64,000 nt of DNA from a virus. Below, in pieces: positions 19,341 through 30,007 of the stretch. Each line of letters starts with the position of its first letter. Position 1 is the stretch's first letter. Position numbers and translations under genes: made by a program. The notes beneath the pieces were generated by a model that saw only the letters and a program-made list of their open reading frames with translations, had not been told where the DNA came from and made no database searches. The stretch spans positions 96,001 to 160,000 of IMG/VR virus record IMGVR_UViG_3300009161_000023. The stretch is one strand, 5' to 3'.

Positions 19341-19376
19341 AATAAAGTATATATTAATAAAGTATATATTAATAAA
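19341..19376 (-). promoter_or_regulatory. tandem-duplicated late-promoter-like motif
   Basis: AATAAAGTATATATT x2 plus AATAAA; each unit reads AATATATA on the minus strand. Confidence 0.5.
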
Positions 19377-21609
19377 TTCCCATAAACCATTGCTTTAATA
19401 TTGGTCTTTGATATAATTTACTAAAAGTAAGTTCTAAATTATTGAATTTAACCATACTGTTTTGACTGTAATCATAACTTAAGTACGCAAAATGATCATA
19501 ATTTGATGTTCCTATTAGTGAATTTGATTCTTTATCAAAGCCAGAAGTTGTTTTATCTTGTAAGCTTCTAAAGCTTAAGCTGCTGTTATTACCAGCAACA
19601 TACCATGTGTTTGAACTATCTTCGTAAATTGAAATATTACTTGAATTATTAAAAAAGAATAATCCATTACTCATTGTCAAAAATTGACCTTCTTTATAAT
19701 TAGAATTTGGTAAATCTTGTAATTTTTTAATTGCTATAAAAGGATTACTTGTGCTTCCTATTGTACAATATAAGCTAGAAATTAATATTTCGGTTCCAAT
19801 TAAAGTATTTCTTAAAAAATACCCAGTTTCATTTTTCCAAGTCGATCTATACAAAGAAAAATTACCTGTTATTGTTTTACCACTTTGATTATAAACAGAT
19901 TCATTTTGTTTCAAGTCAATAGCGTTTGCTTGAAATGCATGATCGTTAAAGTCATTAATAGAAACGGTTTTTGAAGCTAAGTTATAAGTTTGTAATTTAG
20001 TTTTTGTTGGTGAAATATAAGCACCATAACCAGAGCTTGTCATACCAAGCATAAAATACGCATTAGATTGTGTGTTTAGAAACAACCAATTATAAGGTCT
20101 TTGAAAAGAATTTTCTGTTTTGTATGTTTTTTCAAATCCATTAAATGTTTTTACATATACTTGCTCGGTGTTTGGTTGATTTTCTTTACTTCTACCAGAT
20201 GCCCAGAATAAAAATGAATCACCTCCATCGCCACTTGTTGATAAGCCAGAAGAACAAAATCCTATATTTCTTTTAAATTCATATTTTTGCACTTCAGAGT
20301 TTGGTTCATTTTCTAAAAAATCGTCATTTGTATTTAATTTTAAAGAATTAGATTGTGGGGCTTTATAGGTTTCAGATATTAAACCAAATTCAGCAGCTTG
20401 AACTTCATCTGTACCAGCTATTATATTGTTTAATTTTTCTTTATATAGCCAATGCCATAAATTAACATTTTCTACAATGTCTATAACATTTTTTTTATTA
20501 GTTATTCTGAAAGATCCTGATTCTGTATCGCATCTAATAATAGCATTGTATACACCACCAGTCTCAAAAAGAGCATTAGTAGATTTTGAATTTGCATGAG
20601 ATATGTCATCTGATAATTCCCAAGCATATAAAACTACAGGATCTATTGGTTTTCCTTGACTGTTTACTTCTTCTCCTGAAAAAGTCTTACCAGTTTCTTG
20701 ATTTATACCATTTGGAATTTTTAAATACAAAACACTATTTGCAGAAGCTCTTATTTTTGAATTTAAGTCACCAGAAGTAATTTGATTTCCTTTTGGATCA
20801 AAAGAAATAACTGCTTCATCTGGTGCTGGATATCTTGAATTAATTAAATTTTTAAAAGTTAATTCATCTTCACCAAATTTATTAATTATTTTAAAGGTAA
20901 CAGTATAATTACCAGGTGTTTCATAAGTTTTTTCAATAGTTTGATTAGTGTTAGTAGTTTCTTTTGAATTATTTAAATATTCAAATGTTCTTATATCTCC
21001 ATCTCCAAAATTCCAAATTGTTTTAATATTATTATTTGCATTATCTGTTGCTAATCTAAAACTTAAATCAGTAAAGGTTATTTTTAGAGGTATGATTCCT
21101 TCTCTTATGTCTGCTTGGAACCATGCTTTTGGTTTTAAGGCAATTCTCCTCAAATAATTAATTCTTGCTTCTACTGAACCAGTTTTTGGAATATTTACTC
21201 TATCATTTCTTACACCAGTAAATTTTTCAATTTCAATTAATGCATCTTTAATATTATTATGATGTTCTGCAACTACATTCAAAGTAATGTTTGTTACTTT
21301 TCCTAGTTTTTTTACATCTGGGAAACCATCTAATAATTCAATATCTAAAAATGTTTGTGTTGCATTATCTTTTAAGCCATAATAGAAACTTATTCCTCTT
21401 TCATCTAAATCAGAACATTGGTCAGTCAATGTAATTATTCCACTTGCTGGGAAAAAAGACATTTCATCTGTAGTGGCGTTTGCATAAATGATTTTATCTT
21501 TTGGATTATAATCTTTTAGCAAAGGAATTCTTAATGAATCTTTAACAGAAAATAAATTTGTATCAGTATCTAAAATGTTTGGATATGTAATTTTTATTTG
21601 GTTTAGCAT
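19369..21609 (-). CDS. AEHHN/PKD-domain virion protein
   Basis: VVAEHHNNIKDALIEIE; PKD motif WNFGDG...TYETPGNYTV. Confidence 0.75.
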   Translation of the reverse strand: MLNQIKITYPNILDTDTNLFSVKDSLRIPLLKDYNPKDKIIYANATTDEMSFFPASGIITLTDQCSDLDERGISFYYGLKDNATQTFLDIELLDGFPDVKKLGKVTNITLNVVAEHHNNIKDALIEIEKFTGVRNDRVNIPKTGSVEARINYLRRIALKPKAWFQADIREGIIPLKITFTDLSFRLATDNANNNIKTIWNFGDGDIRTFEYLNNSKETTNTNQTIEKTYETPGNYTVTFKIINKFGEDELTFKNLINSRYPAPDEAVISFDPKGNQITSGDLNSKIRASANSVLYLKIPNGINQETGKTFSGEEVNSQGKPIDPVVLYAWELSDDISHANSKSTNALFETGGVYNAIIRCDTESGSFRITNKKNVIDIVENVNLWHWLYKEKLNNIIAGTDEVQAAEFGLISETYKAPQSNSLKLNTNDDFLENEPNSEVQKYEFKRNIGFCSSGLSTSGDGGDSFLFWASGRSKENQPNTEQVYVKTFNGFEKTYKTENSFQRPYNWLFLNTQSNAYFMLGMTSSGYGAYISPTKTKLQTYNLASKTVSINDFNDHAFQANAIDLKQNESVYNQSGKTITGNFSLYRSTWKNETGYFLRNTLIGTEILISSLYCTIGSTSNPFIAIKKLQDLPNSNYKEGQFLTMSNGLFFFNNSSNISIYEDSSNTWYVAGNNSSLSFRSLQDKTTSGFDKESNSLIGTSNYDHFAYLSYDYSQNSMVKFNNLELTFSKLYQRPILKQWFMGIY

Positions 21610-21616
21610 ATTTGTT

Positions 21617-22642
21617 TTATCCTACTACTAATATATCTTGTAAAAATACTTTTTTAACATTTTGTGTTTCAAATGTGTCAATAATAAATGGTTTATATTC
21701 ACCTGGCTCATCATAAATATGTTTTACCGTATGTATATTTGGATCACTTATAATTTTATCTTTGCCGTCACCAAAAACAAAAAATCTATTAAGTATATTG
21801 CCGTCAGTCTGATCTACAAAATTATATTCAGTTGGATTTAAATTATTTTTCATTGCTGTTTTTTTAGATATTCCGCCAAACCTTGGCAAAATATAAAACA
21901 AAGGAATTCCATTTTCATTATTTGAATTAATATAATTAGATTTTGTTACTATTCCTTGACCGCCTAATTCATTAATAACATTTAATTGAATAGTAAAAAT
22001 TCCTTCACGAATGTAAGTGTGTTCTGGAGATTCTTCTATAGAAGTAGTATTATCTCCAAAATCCCAAAAATACTTACTATTATTTCCTATTGTAAAGTTC
22101 TTAAATTTAACTGTAAAAGGTGGTTTCCCAATTACTGGAAATCCTCTAAAGATAGGTTTTGGACTTAAAATATCATTTTCTAATGTCTTCAATATTCCAT
22201 TCAAAGAATTTTCTAAAGGAAAGTCTTTTTCTCCAAGTTTATTTTCAATTTTTAAAACAGCATCTTTAACAGCATTATGATGTTCTGCAAAAACACCAGA
22301 TGTTACAGTTGTTCCTTTTGGCCATACTGTAGCTCTTGTATTTTGAAATCCTCTGATAACATTGAGGATTGTATTTCCTTCTTTTTTAAAGTAATATATT
22401 AATTCACTAATGCCATCTTTACTTGAAAGATTTCCTACTTTTAAAATTCCTTGAATTGGAAAGTTAGTAGCATCTTCTAAGTTAATTATTTTTGTATTAA
22501 GACTTATCCCAATTAGTAGTTTAGTCTCAGATAAATTCCTTGCCTCGTATAAGGTAGTAGAAGAATCTATAATTGTTGGAAAACCTGATAGATTCCCAGT
22601 TAAATAGTTTTCATCGTAAGAAGATGCTTTTTGAAAATACAT
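21617..22642 (-). CDS. AEHHN protein with two PKD domains
   Basis: VFAEHHNAVKDAVLKIE; YFWDFGDNTTS...PEHTY and FVFGDG...HIYDEPGEY. Confidence 0.8.
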   Translation of the reverse strand: MYFQKASSYDENYLTGNLSGFPTIIDSSTTLYEARNLSETKLLIGISLNTKIINLEDATNFPIQGILKVGNLSSKDGISELIYYFKKEGNTILNVIRGFQNTRATVWPKGTTVTSGVFAEHHNAVKDAVLKIENKLGEKDFPLENSLNGILKTLENDILSPKPIFRGFPVIGKPPFTVKFKNFTIGNNSKYFWDFGDNTTSIEESPEHTYIREGIFTIQLNVINELGGQGIVTKSNYINSNNENGIPLFYILPRFGGISKKTAMKNNLNPTEYNFVDQTDGNILNRFFVFGDGKDKIISDPNIHTVKHIYDEPGEYKPFIIDTFETQNVKKVFLQDILVVG

Positions 22643-22667
22643 AATGTTCCTGTTTAAATATTTATGA

Positions 22668-23324
22668 TTATTGCATTAATTTATTTACTTCTTTGTTTTG
22701 GTTATTAGAAATATTATTTTGAATTTCATCTAATGCACTTGTAAGTTGTTTTTTTACAATAGAAATATCTGGTAATGCTAAAATTGTTTTACATAACTCT
22801 AAATCTGTAGGAATGTTAAGTAAAAATCTTAAATTCAAGTCATTCCCTAGCTTAGCTGACCAATATTGATTTTGAGATTCAACATCATCAAAAGATTTAA
22901 GTTTTTCTACCTTTTCAATTTCCATAAATGTTTTAACGAAAAAATCTAATTCTTCATTTACACTTTTTAATTTATCGTTGATTTTTTTAAAAACAAAATC
23001 TTTTCTATCATAATTTCTTATCATTTTCTTTAATTTTATTTCTAATATCTTTCTTTTGTATGTACATGATTCTTTTTCAATTAAGGTTTTATATCTATCT
23101 ATTTTTAAAGATAATATTTCATAATTCTCTTCAGAAATTAAAATTTCTTCTTTGTAAGAATCTACTGTTTCTATTCTTGCGTTAATTTCTCTTGTGCATT
23201 GCCATAGCTTAGATTGTAAAGTAGGTTCTTTTCCTACTATGAAGTGATTTAATTGAAAAAATGAATGTCTTTCTTTTAAATCTGAATTATTAATAATTTC
23301 TTTTGCTTTTTCAATTAGTTCCAT
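22668..23324 (-). CDS. hypothetical coiled-coil protein
   Basis: SD AAGGAA before MELIEK; central heptad-like region. Confidence 0.65.
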   Translation of the reverse strand: MELIEKAKEIINNSDLKERHSFFQLNHFIVGKEPTLQSKLWQCTREINARIETVDSYKEEILISEENYEILSLKIDRYKTLIEKESCTYKRKILEIKLKKMIRNYDRKDFVFKKINDKLKSVNEELDFFVKTFMEIEKVEKLKSFDDVESQNQYWSAKLGNDLNLRFLLNIPTDLELCKTILALPDISIVKKQLTSALDEIQNNISNNQNKEVNKLMQ

Positions 23325-23332
23325 GTTTTCCT

Positions 23333-23857
23333 TTAAATTTTTATGCCTACAACAGCTTTTAATTTGCATCCTTCAATTGATGCATTATATCCCCATGATA
23401 ATTTAATAATATCTAAATGGTTATCTTTTCCAAAACCACCTACTTTATTATAAGTGTTTTTATTTATTAATAAACCATTTAAAGGATTTTTTACAAATTC
23501 ATAAATTCTATTTTTAACTGGGAAGATTATATCTTTTTCATTTAGAACAAAAATAGATAACTTTTTAATAAGATGCTTTGTTAAATATGTACCTGCTTGA
23601 ACTAAAAAACACCATTCTGTTTTACAGTTTCTTAAAGCAATATCATAATTTTCTAAAATTTGAAAACTATCAGAATGATAAATATCATATTCCTGACCTT
23701 TGTTGTAATAATCAAATTTTAAATCATTAGTTATTAATATTTTTTTATAATTTGTATAAAAATCATAATAATGCCTTAGTGTTTCATTTATTTTATTTGT
23801 ATCTCTATCAATTGCTACAATTGCCATAGAAACATTAAGCTCTTTTGGCTCATACAT
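23333..23857 (-). CDS. GT-A/GT2-fold-like protein (degenerate)
   Basis: VSMAIVA, ALRNCKTEWCFLVQAG (no DxD), LINKNTYNKVGGF. Confidence 0.5.
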   Translation of the reverse strand: MYEPKELNVSMAIVAIDRDTNKINETLRHYYDFYTNYKKILITNDLKFDYYNKGQEYDIYHSDSFQILENYDIALRNCKTEWCFLVQAGTYLTKHLIKKLSIFVLNEKDIIFPVKNRIYEFVKNPLNGLLINKNTYNKVGGFGKDNHLDIIKLSWGYNASIEGCKLKAVVGIKI

Positions 23858-23878
23858 AATAAAACCCTTTTAAATAAA

Positions 23879-24676
23879 CTATTCTGCCAAGGAAACATCA
23901 AAATCTATTTTAATTATGTCATATTGTGAAATAGAATTCAATAATTGAAATGAAATTAAATCATCATTTAATGAAAATTTATTTTTATGCCATTTACTAT
24001 TTGTATTTGGATTAGCTGGAGGAACAAAAACTTCGAAATCTGAAAATATCTGAACGCCATTTATGAAAACTCTTAAAGTATTATTCATTATCTGCTTAGA
24101 TAAACTCGTAGTGTAGTTTTTATAATCAGATCCTAAAAAAGATGGTTTAGGAGTTACACCATAATAATGAATATGGGCACTTTCTAAAGGATAATTTAAA
24201 TCGGCAGTAAGATTATTAGGAGCATCAAATCTCCATTTTAACGATGAAGAATTTTTTAATTCTAATATTCCTGTTTGAAAGAAAATACCACTGCTAATAC
24301 TTGGAATATTAATATTCAAAGATAAATAATTTGCACCTTCTTGAATTTGAGCTAATTTATTTCTCTCGTCAAGCTTCATTCTTATGTAGCTTATTTCATT
24401 ATAAATTCCATCTTCGTGATAACCAATATTATGTAAAGAAATATCAACCGCAGTTGGCTTTAAATCTCCATTACTAGTTAAAGATTGATTTAATCTAGCA
24501 GCTAAGTCTATTCTTGAACCAATTGAATTTTCTAAAACACCAGTGTTGAAATCAACTGCATCATTTAAAACTTCTTGTCTTTTAATTAATGCTGCAATAG
24601 GTAAATTATCATAAATATAATGATAAGGCTGTAAAGCTTCATAAGATGGAACTGTGATATTATTAATATTTGGCAT
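23879..24676 (-). CDS. hypothetical virion structural protein
   Basis: Lies in the tail module; ATATATA 5 nt before ATG. Confidence 0.55.
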   Translation of the reverse strand: MPNINNITVPSYEALQPYHYIYDNLPIAALIKRQEVLNDAVDFNTGVLENSIGSRIDLAARLNQSLTSNGDLKPTAVDISLHNIGYHEDGIYNEISYIRMKLDERNKLAQIQEGANYLSLNINIPSISSGIFFQTGILELKNSSSLKWRFDAPNNLTADLNYPLESAHIHYYGVTPKPSFLGSDYKNYTTSLSKQIMNNTLRVFINGVQIFSDFEVFVPPANPNTNSKWHKNKFSLNDDLISFQLLNSISQYDIIKIDFDVSLAE

Positions 24677-24706
24677 ATTTTTATATATATTTTAAAATTT
24701 ATTTTA

Positions 24707-25210
24707 TCAAATAAAATTAAGATTCCAATTCCAAGTAATCTGCATTTGATCCGTTTTGTTAATAGCACCAAAGGTTAACATACTGTACAAATCTCCTGTT
24801 CCCATAACTAATGCCATTTCGTTAATTGCATAACCATTAGCATCGTTATAAGTTAAAACAGAAGTGAAAATACCCTGAGTTTGATTAGTTGGATTAACTT
24901 GAGAAATAACAGGCTTAGTAGACCTTGTTATTCCATAAAGACCGTTTCTGTTAGAGTCTACATAAAGCGGAACTCCACCTGATTCTCCACCATCGCCAAA
25001 AATCATTGATTTAATATAATATTCAAAACTAGAAGCTATTTCACCTGCTTCGTTAGTGCATCCTTGTAAATTTCTAGTAAGCGATCTTACAAGGGCTTCT
25101 CTACCAGTCTTTAAAACTGTATTTTTAAAGTGACTTTTAATAGTTGAACCGTTTTTAAATTCTATAATCATGTCTACATCGCCAGTTGTTTCAACTCTAG
25201 AATTATACAT
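24707..25210 (-). CDS. tail-fibre collar/baseplate-associated protein
   Basis: NTVLKTGREAL, FGDGG, DANGYAINEMAL pattern; adjacent to baseplate wedge genes. Confidence 0.55.
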   Translation of the reverse strand: MYNSRVETTGDVDMIIEFKNGSTIKSHFKNTVLKTGREALVRSLTRNLQGCTNEAGEIASSFEYYIKSMIFGDGGESGGVPLYVDSNRNGLYGITRSTKPVISQVNPTNQTQGIFTSVLTYNDANGYAINEMALVMGTGDLYSMLTFGAINKTDQMQITWNWNLNFI

Positions 25211-25211
25211 T

Positions 25212-28200
25212 TTAAACCTGACCTTTCGTATTGTTGCCATCTTTTGTTTCAATTGTAAAAGAAACATTTTCTTCTTGATTAATTATATCTGTTGGCCCAT
25301 CTTTCTTTTGGCCGTTATTTAATGCAATAACAGAATTATTTAAATTATCTAAATTTAAAGGAGAACTATCACATAGATAAATTTCATTATTTTGTTGATC
25401 TTTTCCAGACACCTGATTAGCTCCTCCTCTATTTAAATCATGAATTATTACATAATCACCAGTTGGCTTTAAGTAAATTTGTGGTATTCCATTTTCTCTA
25501 ATGAATTCATCATAATTTAAAGTAATAGTATAAATAATATTTTCTTTTTTCTTAAATTGCTTACAATTTACAGAAATAGAAGTACCGCCACTAAGATATG
25601 TGCCTAAATCTAATGGAAGTCCTTCAATCTCTAAATAATTGACTGATAATTCATTAAAGTAACTTACAATTTTATAAAAAACATCATTTATAACTAAAAT
25701 AAAATTTTCTTTAAAACTGTCATTATCTAATGAACCAGATATGGTTGAATCTTCAAAAACAGGAAGTAATGATGGTTTTTCAATTATTATTTTATTGTAA
25801 GCTAAGTTACCAGTGTGCTCTTTAACAACCCTATCTAATATCTTACCACTTGTTCCTATTACATCACCGTTTTCCCAATTGCTAATATAAAATTCATTTT
25901 CGTTATATCCATAACCTAAAACAACATATTGGGTGTCATCGTTTAAATAATAAAAATAATTTCCTATTTTTATTCTTTCAACTGCTTTGCCAAAATTGCC
26001 ATCATTTCCTATTACTAATCCTTTATTTTCAGAAGTTAAACTTCCATTAGATGAAAAATATATTTTTTCATTGTTTTCATTTAATAAGTCATAGTTAATA
26101 TCATCTATGGTTAAACCTTCTGATAATGAAGGTAAGGTAAAATCATTCTCTAGTACAATTGAACCATCAGGATTAACATCATAAATATTATAAATATTAA
26201 ATGTGTTTGGATATACAATATAATATTTTATTTTCCAACAATCATTTGATCTTTGGTTTTCTACATCTACAACAGTTGTAATATTGTTTTGTTTTTTTTC
26301 ATTTATTATTAGTTCATCTTTAAATGTATAAATGCTTTCTTGCTTAATTGTAAAGTTTGTACCAGTGTAATTTATGTTGCTTAATCTATAAGCAAATTCA
26401 GATTGGTTTATAGGTTGAGAAATTAATGCTTCTTCATATATTCTAATTAGATTTTTTTTAGGCTCAAAAACAGTATATTTACCAGTGTTTGAACTTGGAT
26501 TTAATATTTCAAGCAAAGTATTTACTCTTGAATTAATACCAAGTTCTGAAAAATCTACTAAAGGAGAAAATAGGTTTATTTCTTTGTTGTATCCTTTAAC
26601 TGTTTCATTGCCAAGATTGTCCATTATTGCTAATGCATTACGATGAACAACTCTTTGTAATAATCCCAAAAACATATTTCTATTAAAAGCCATTTGAGCA
26701 TTACCAGAAATAATAGTTTCTGTTAGCTTGTAAGTAATCAAAGCCTCTATTTTTTCTTCTGGCGGAAGAATCATAGTTTCAAAGAAACCAGAATAATTTA
26801 AACTATGTAAAATACTGTGAAATGGCGTAAACTCTTTAAGTACATTGAAAACTTCTTGAATTCTTTCACTGTTTAAATTTTCAATTTCAACATCTAAATT
26901 GTAAAGCGTTGATAAATAACCATTGCATGTATCTAAGAAATTCTTGTCAATATCACAAGGGTTTTCACTCTCTCTTAAAGAACCATTGTATTCATCCATG
27001 TTGTAAATGTTTTCAGAATATGGAAATTCTGTTCTAATATCTCCGAAAACAATTGGATCATGAAATGCGTTTTTAAATGGTATAATTTCATTGATTAATA
27101 CATCATCTTCTTCTATTACTTTGGCATTCCAATTTTTCAACGGATGAATTATATTTAAATCGTTTCTAAGGTCTGCAACAGGTAAACTCCTGATGTAATT
27201 TTCTATTATTTGCTCTGAATCATATTCTACTTTTCTTATTTGATAAATTATTTTTATTGCTTCACCGTCTTTTAATGAAATTCCAATTAATATTAATGTG
27301 CTTTTATTATTACTTGTTTCTATTTCAATGTTAGAAATAGGAATCTCTATAAAACTATTATTCTTAGCACGATAATACAAAACAAAATTTTCATCGTTAA
27401 TTGGTAAGCTTATTTTAGAAAGATCAAATCTTATTTTATTACTATCTCCATAAAAAACATCAACCCAAGTGTATTTTGAGTAAATCTGATAAAGTTGAGT
27501 GTATTTTTTAAGTATTATACCAGCATCACCCAAAGCAGAATTTAATCCATTTAGCGTTCCTTTCATTTTGAAATTAGGAATAGCTTTTGCAATCTGTCTT
27601 CTCCATCTTATTGGATCATTTGATTTAAATTCTAAACGATATAAATTTCCCAGATAAGATAATAAATGCTCTGGTATTAAATTTGAATCAATTAAAGTAG
27701 CAATATTATTTGCTAAGTTCTCAGTATAAGAAAATGCATCTCCTACAGCATTATTAAACTTTTCTAATATTTCTGGACTTACATCCGTTGTACTTAAATA
27801 ATTCTTGTAAAGATCAGGCAAATATCTATTTAATAAATTTGTATACTTTTTTTCATTTGTTTCTAAATTCTTAGGAGAAATATAACTTGATGTATTTGAC
27901 GATAAAGAAAAATAAATACTAGAAGAAAGTAATTGAGAAGATATATTTGGTCGCCAACTATAGGAAATAAAATAATCTCCCTCTCTTAAACCACTTTGCT
28001 CAAATTTAAATTTAAAATGACCATTGACTATGTTGCTATCGTTATCGATAACTTTCTTAATTATAAATCCTTTTTTTTCTGGAGTCCAAACTGGATTTTC
28101 TGAAGATCCAAATTTTGCTACAGCAATTAAATTATCAAATTCAACTTTGTTTAAAGATTTCTGAAGCAAATCCCTTTGTGCAATTTTTAATTTTTCTTTT

Positions 28201-28454
28201 AAATCTTGATTATTTGGATATTCGTATGAAGCTTGTTTTAATTCTAGATACTTTACTTCTAAAGTAGGATCACTTATATTAATATTTCTGAAACTTGATT
28301 TATCATAAACAAAATTTCTTTCAACAAAATATACAGTAATTGATGTTACTTCATAAGGATCTGATTTAAAAACACAATTAGTATTTGGAGTATATAAATC
28401 AAATACTATTGTGTCGCTTACTTTCGGATTTTTTGTGTAATATTTTTCTGCCAT
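25212..28454 (-). CDS. baseplate wedge protein (P2 gpI / T4 gp7-like N-terminal region)
   Basis: RYLPDLY, LIPEHLLSYLG, RRQIAKAIPNFKMKGT; follows the gp6-like gene. Confidence 0.7.
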   Translation of the reverse strand: MAEKYYTKNPKVSDTIVFDLYTPNTNCVFKSDPYEVTSITVYFVERNFVYDKSSFRNINISDPTLEVKYLELKQASYEYPNNQDLKEKLKIAQRDLLQKSLNKVEFDNLIAVAKFGSSENPVWTPEKKGFIIKKVIDNDSNIVNGHFKFKFEQSGLREGDYFISYSWRPNISSQLLSSSIYFSLSSNTSSYISPKNLETNEKKYTNLLNRYLPDLYKNYLSTTDVSPEILEKFNNAVGDAFSYTENLANNIATLIDSNLIPEHLLSYLGNLYRLEFKSNDPIRWRRQIAKAIPNFKMKGTLNGLNSALGDAGIILKKYTQLYQIYSKYTWVDVFYGDSNKIRFDLSKISLPINDENFVLYYRAKNNSFIEIPISNIEIETSNNKSTLILIGISLKDGEAIKIIYQIRKVEYDSEQIIENYIRSLPVADLRNDLNIIHPLKNWNAKVIEEDDVLINEIIPFKNAFHDPIVFGDIRTEFPYSENIYNMDEYNGSLRESENPCDIDKNFLDTCNGYLSTLYNLDVEIENLNSERIQEVFNVLKEFTPFHSILHSLNYSGFFETMILPPEEKIEALITYKLTETIISGNAQMAFNRNMFLGLLQRVVHRNALAIMDNLGNETVKGYNKEINLFSPLVDFSELGINSRVNTLLEILNPSSNTGKYTVFEPKKNLIRIYEEALISQPINQSEFAYRLSNINYTGTNFTIKQESIYTFKDELIINEKKQNNITTVVDVENQRSNDCWKIKYYIVYPNTFNIYNIYDVNPDGSIVLENDFTLPSLSEGLTIDDINYDLLNENNEKIYFSSNGSLTSENKGLVIGNDGNFGKAVERIKIGNYFYYLNDDTQYVVLGYGYNENEFYISNWENGDVIGTSGKILDRVVKEHTGNLAYNKIIIEKPSLLPVFEDSTISGSLDNDSFKENFILVINDVFYKIVSYFNELSVNYLEIEGLPLDLGTYLSGGTSISVNCKQFKKKENIIYTITLNYDEFIRENGIPQIYLKPTGDYVIIHDLNRGGANQVSGKDQQNNEIYLCDSSPLNLDNLNNSVIALNNGQKKDGPTDIINQEENVSFTIETKDGNNTKGQV

Positions 28455-28456
28455 AA

Positions 28457-30004
28457 TTAATTATACAAGAAGTTAATTGTTACGCTTTCTGGTCGAATAA
28501 TTTCATAGTACTTTATTGCAATTGTTTTAGCAAATGGAACTTCTACAGTACTGAAAACAATATCTATTGTTTTAATTTGTTTTAAATCTGACAAAGCTTG
28601 AATAATATCTGATTCTTGTAAAGCTTGACCATAATCCCAATTTGTTAAATTAAAATAAAAATCAATTTTACTCTCCATAGATGCTCTGATGTTGTCTTCG
28701 AATTTCTTGTAGAATTTATCTAAAGTAACATCAATTAAAACATTAACATCTACTACTTCTCCATCTCTAATACAAATATTATCAGTAAGCATTTTAATTT
28801 CATTCAAAGAATCAGTTAGTTCTTCTTTAAATTGACTGCTAGCCTTAGATAAACCACTATTGCCACTTCTAACTAATACAAATAAATCAATGATATTTGC
28901 AGCACATCCATAATTTCTTAATGCAGCAAGTGCTTTTCCAGTTATACCATTGTAAACAGTAGCAAATTGATTTGCAAATGTTTTATAATCTTCTCCAGAT
29001 ACAGCACGATTTTGAGTTCTTAAATATAAAGGTATTTTACTTCTAATGTCTTCTATAGTATCACCTGAATAACCAAATTCTGCTTTTGTGTAATTAGTTA
29101 AACTAACAGTAATTATATTAACGCTTCCTTCAATACTTACTATTGTTTGTGAATTTGCAAAATTTGTAACAATATCTCCGTTGGGACTTCCACCAGTACG
29201 ATAAATTACATTAATATTAGTGCCAGAAGATGGAACTAATCCACCTTTGCCATTTCCAAAAATAAGATTTGCACTGTAATCAGGATTGTATTCTATTAAA
29301 TATTCTTTGTTTGCCGATCCAGAAGTAAAAAAATCAACCTGATCCCATTCTTGCCCATCAACAACTACTCTTATAGAATCTGAAATAATTGATATTGCAT
29401 CTAATTGTAATATTTGATTTATTTCTCCATTAGAAATAAAAGTATTTTCTCTTGTAATACCAGCTACACCAACTATATTTGAATTAATTAATTGACCTGC
29501 TCTGATAACAATTGGTTCATTAAATATAGGCCTGTTTAAAGAATCAGCAGGATAAAGCTCAAACCTACTAGGAATTTGATTTGAAACAATATCAATATTA
29601 AAAGGTGTTTCTATTTTAACATCAAAATCTTGAACAGAATTAATTCTTGCAGAAAACAATGCTTTTGAACCAATAGGAGGCTGAGGCTTTAATCCTGCTA
29701 GTTTTGCTAATCTAAATATATTATCTAATTCTGTAACCGTATCAATAAATACTTCATTTGCAATTTGATCAATTTTAAAAGAAAGGGTATCTGCTAAAAA
29801 TGCAAAATTTTCAATTAACATTATAGCAAGACTAGATTCTACAAAATCGTTGAAATCATTACCAAACTTTTCTTTGATGAAGCTTACCAACCTAGATTTC
29901 ATTGAATAAAAATCTTGATTTGTATAATTTAAAGAAACTATATTTGTTTGTTTTGGAGTTACTCCAATATCATAAGGTGTAATAATATCACATTTTTCTT
30001 GCAT
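28457..30004 (-). CDS. baseplate wedge subunit (T4 gp6 / baseplate J-like)
   Basis: LNYTNQDFYSMK, NDFVESS, FGNGKGG, YRTGG, QNRAVSGEDY. Confidence 0.9.
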   Translation of the reverse strand: MQEKCDIITPYDIGVTPKQTNIVSLNYTNQDFYSMKSRLVSFIKEKFGNDFNDFVESSLAIMLIENFAFLADTLSFKIDQIANEVFIDTVTELDNIFRLAKLAGLKPQPPIGSKALFSARINSVQDFDVKIETPFNIDIVSNQIPSRFELYPADSLNRPIFNEPIVIRAGQLINSNIVGVAGITRENTFISNGEINQILQLDAISIISDSIRVVVDGQEWDQVDFFTSGSANKEYLIEYNPDYSANLIFGNGKGGLVPSSGTNINVIYRTGGSPNGDIVTNFANSQTIVSIEGSVNIITVSLTNYTKAEFGYSGDTIEDIRSKIPLYLRTQNRAVSGEDYKTFANQFATVYNGITGKALAALRNYGCAANIIDLFVLVRSGNSGLSKASSQFKEELTDSLNEIKMLTDNICIRDGEVVDVNVLIDVTLDKFYKKFEDNIRASMESKIDFYFNLTNWDYGQALQESDIIQALSDLKQIKTIDIVFSTVEVPFAKTIAIKYYEIIRPESVTINFLYN

Positions 30005-30007
30005 TTT

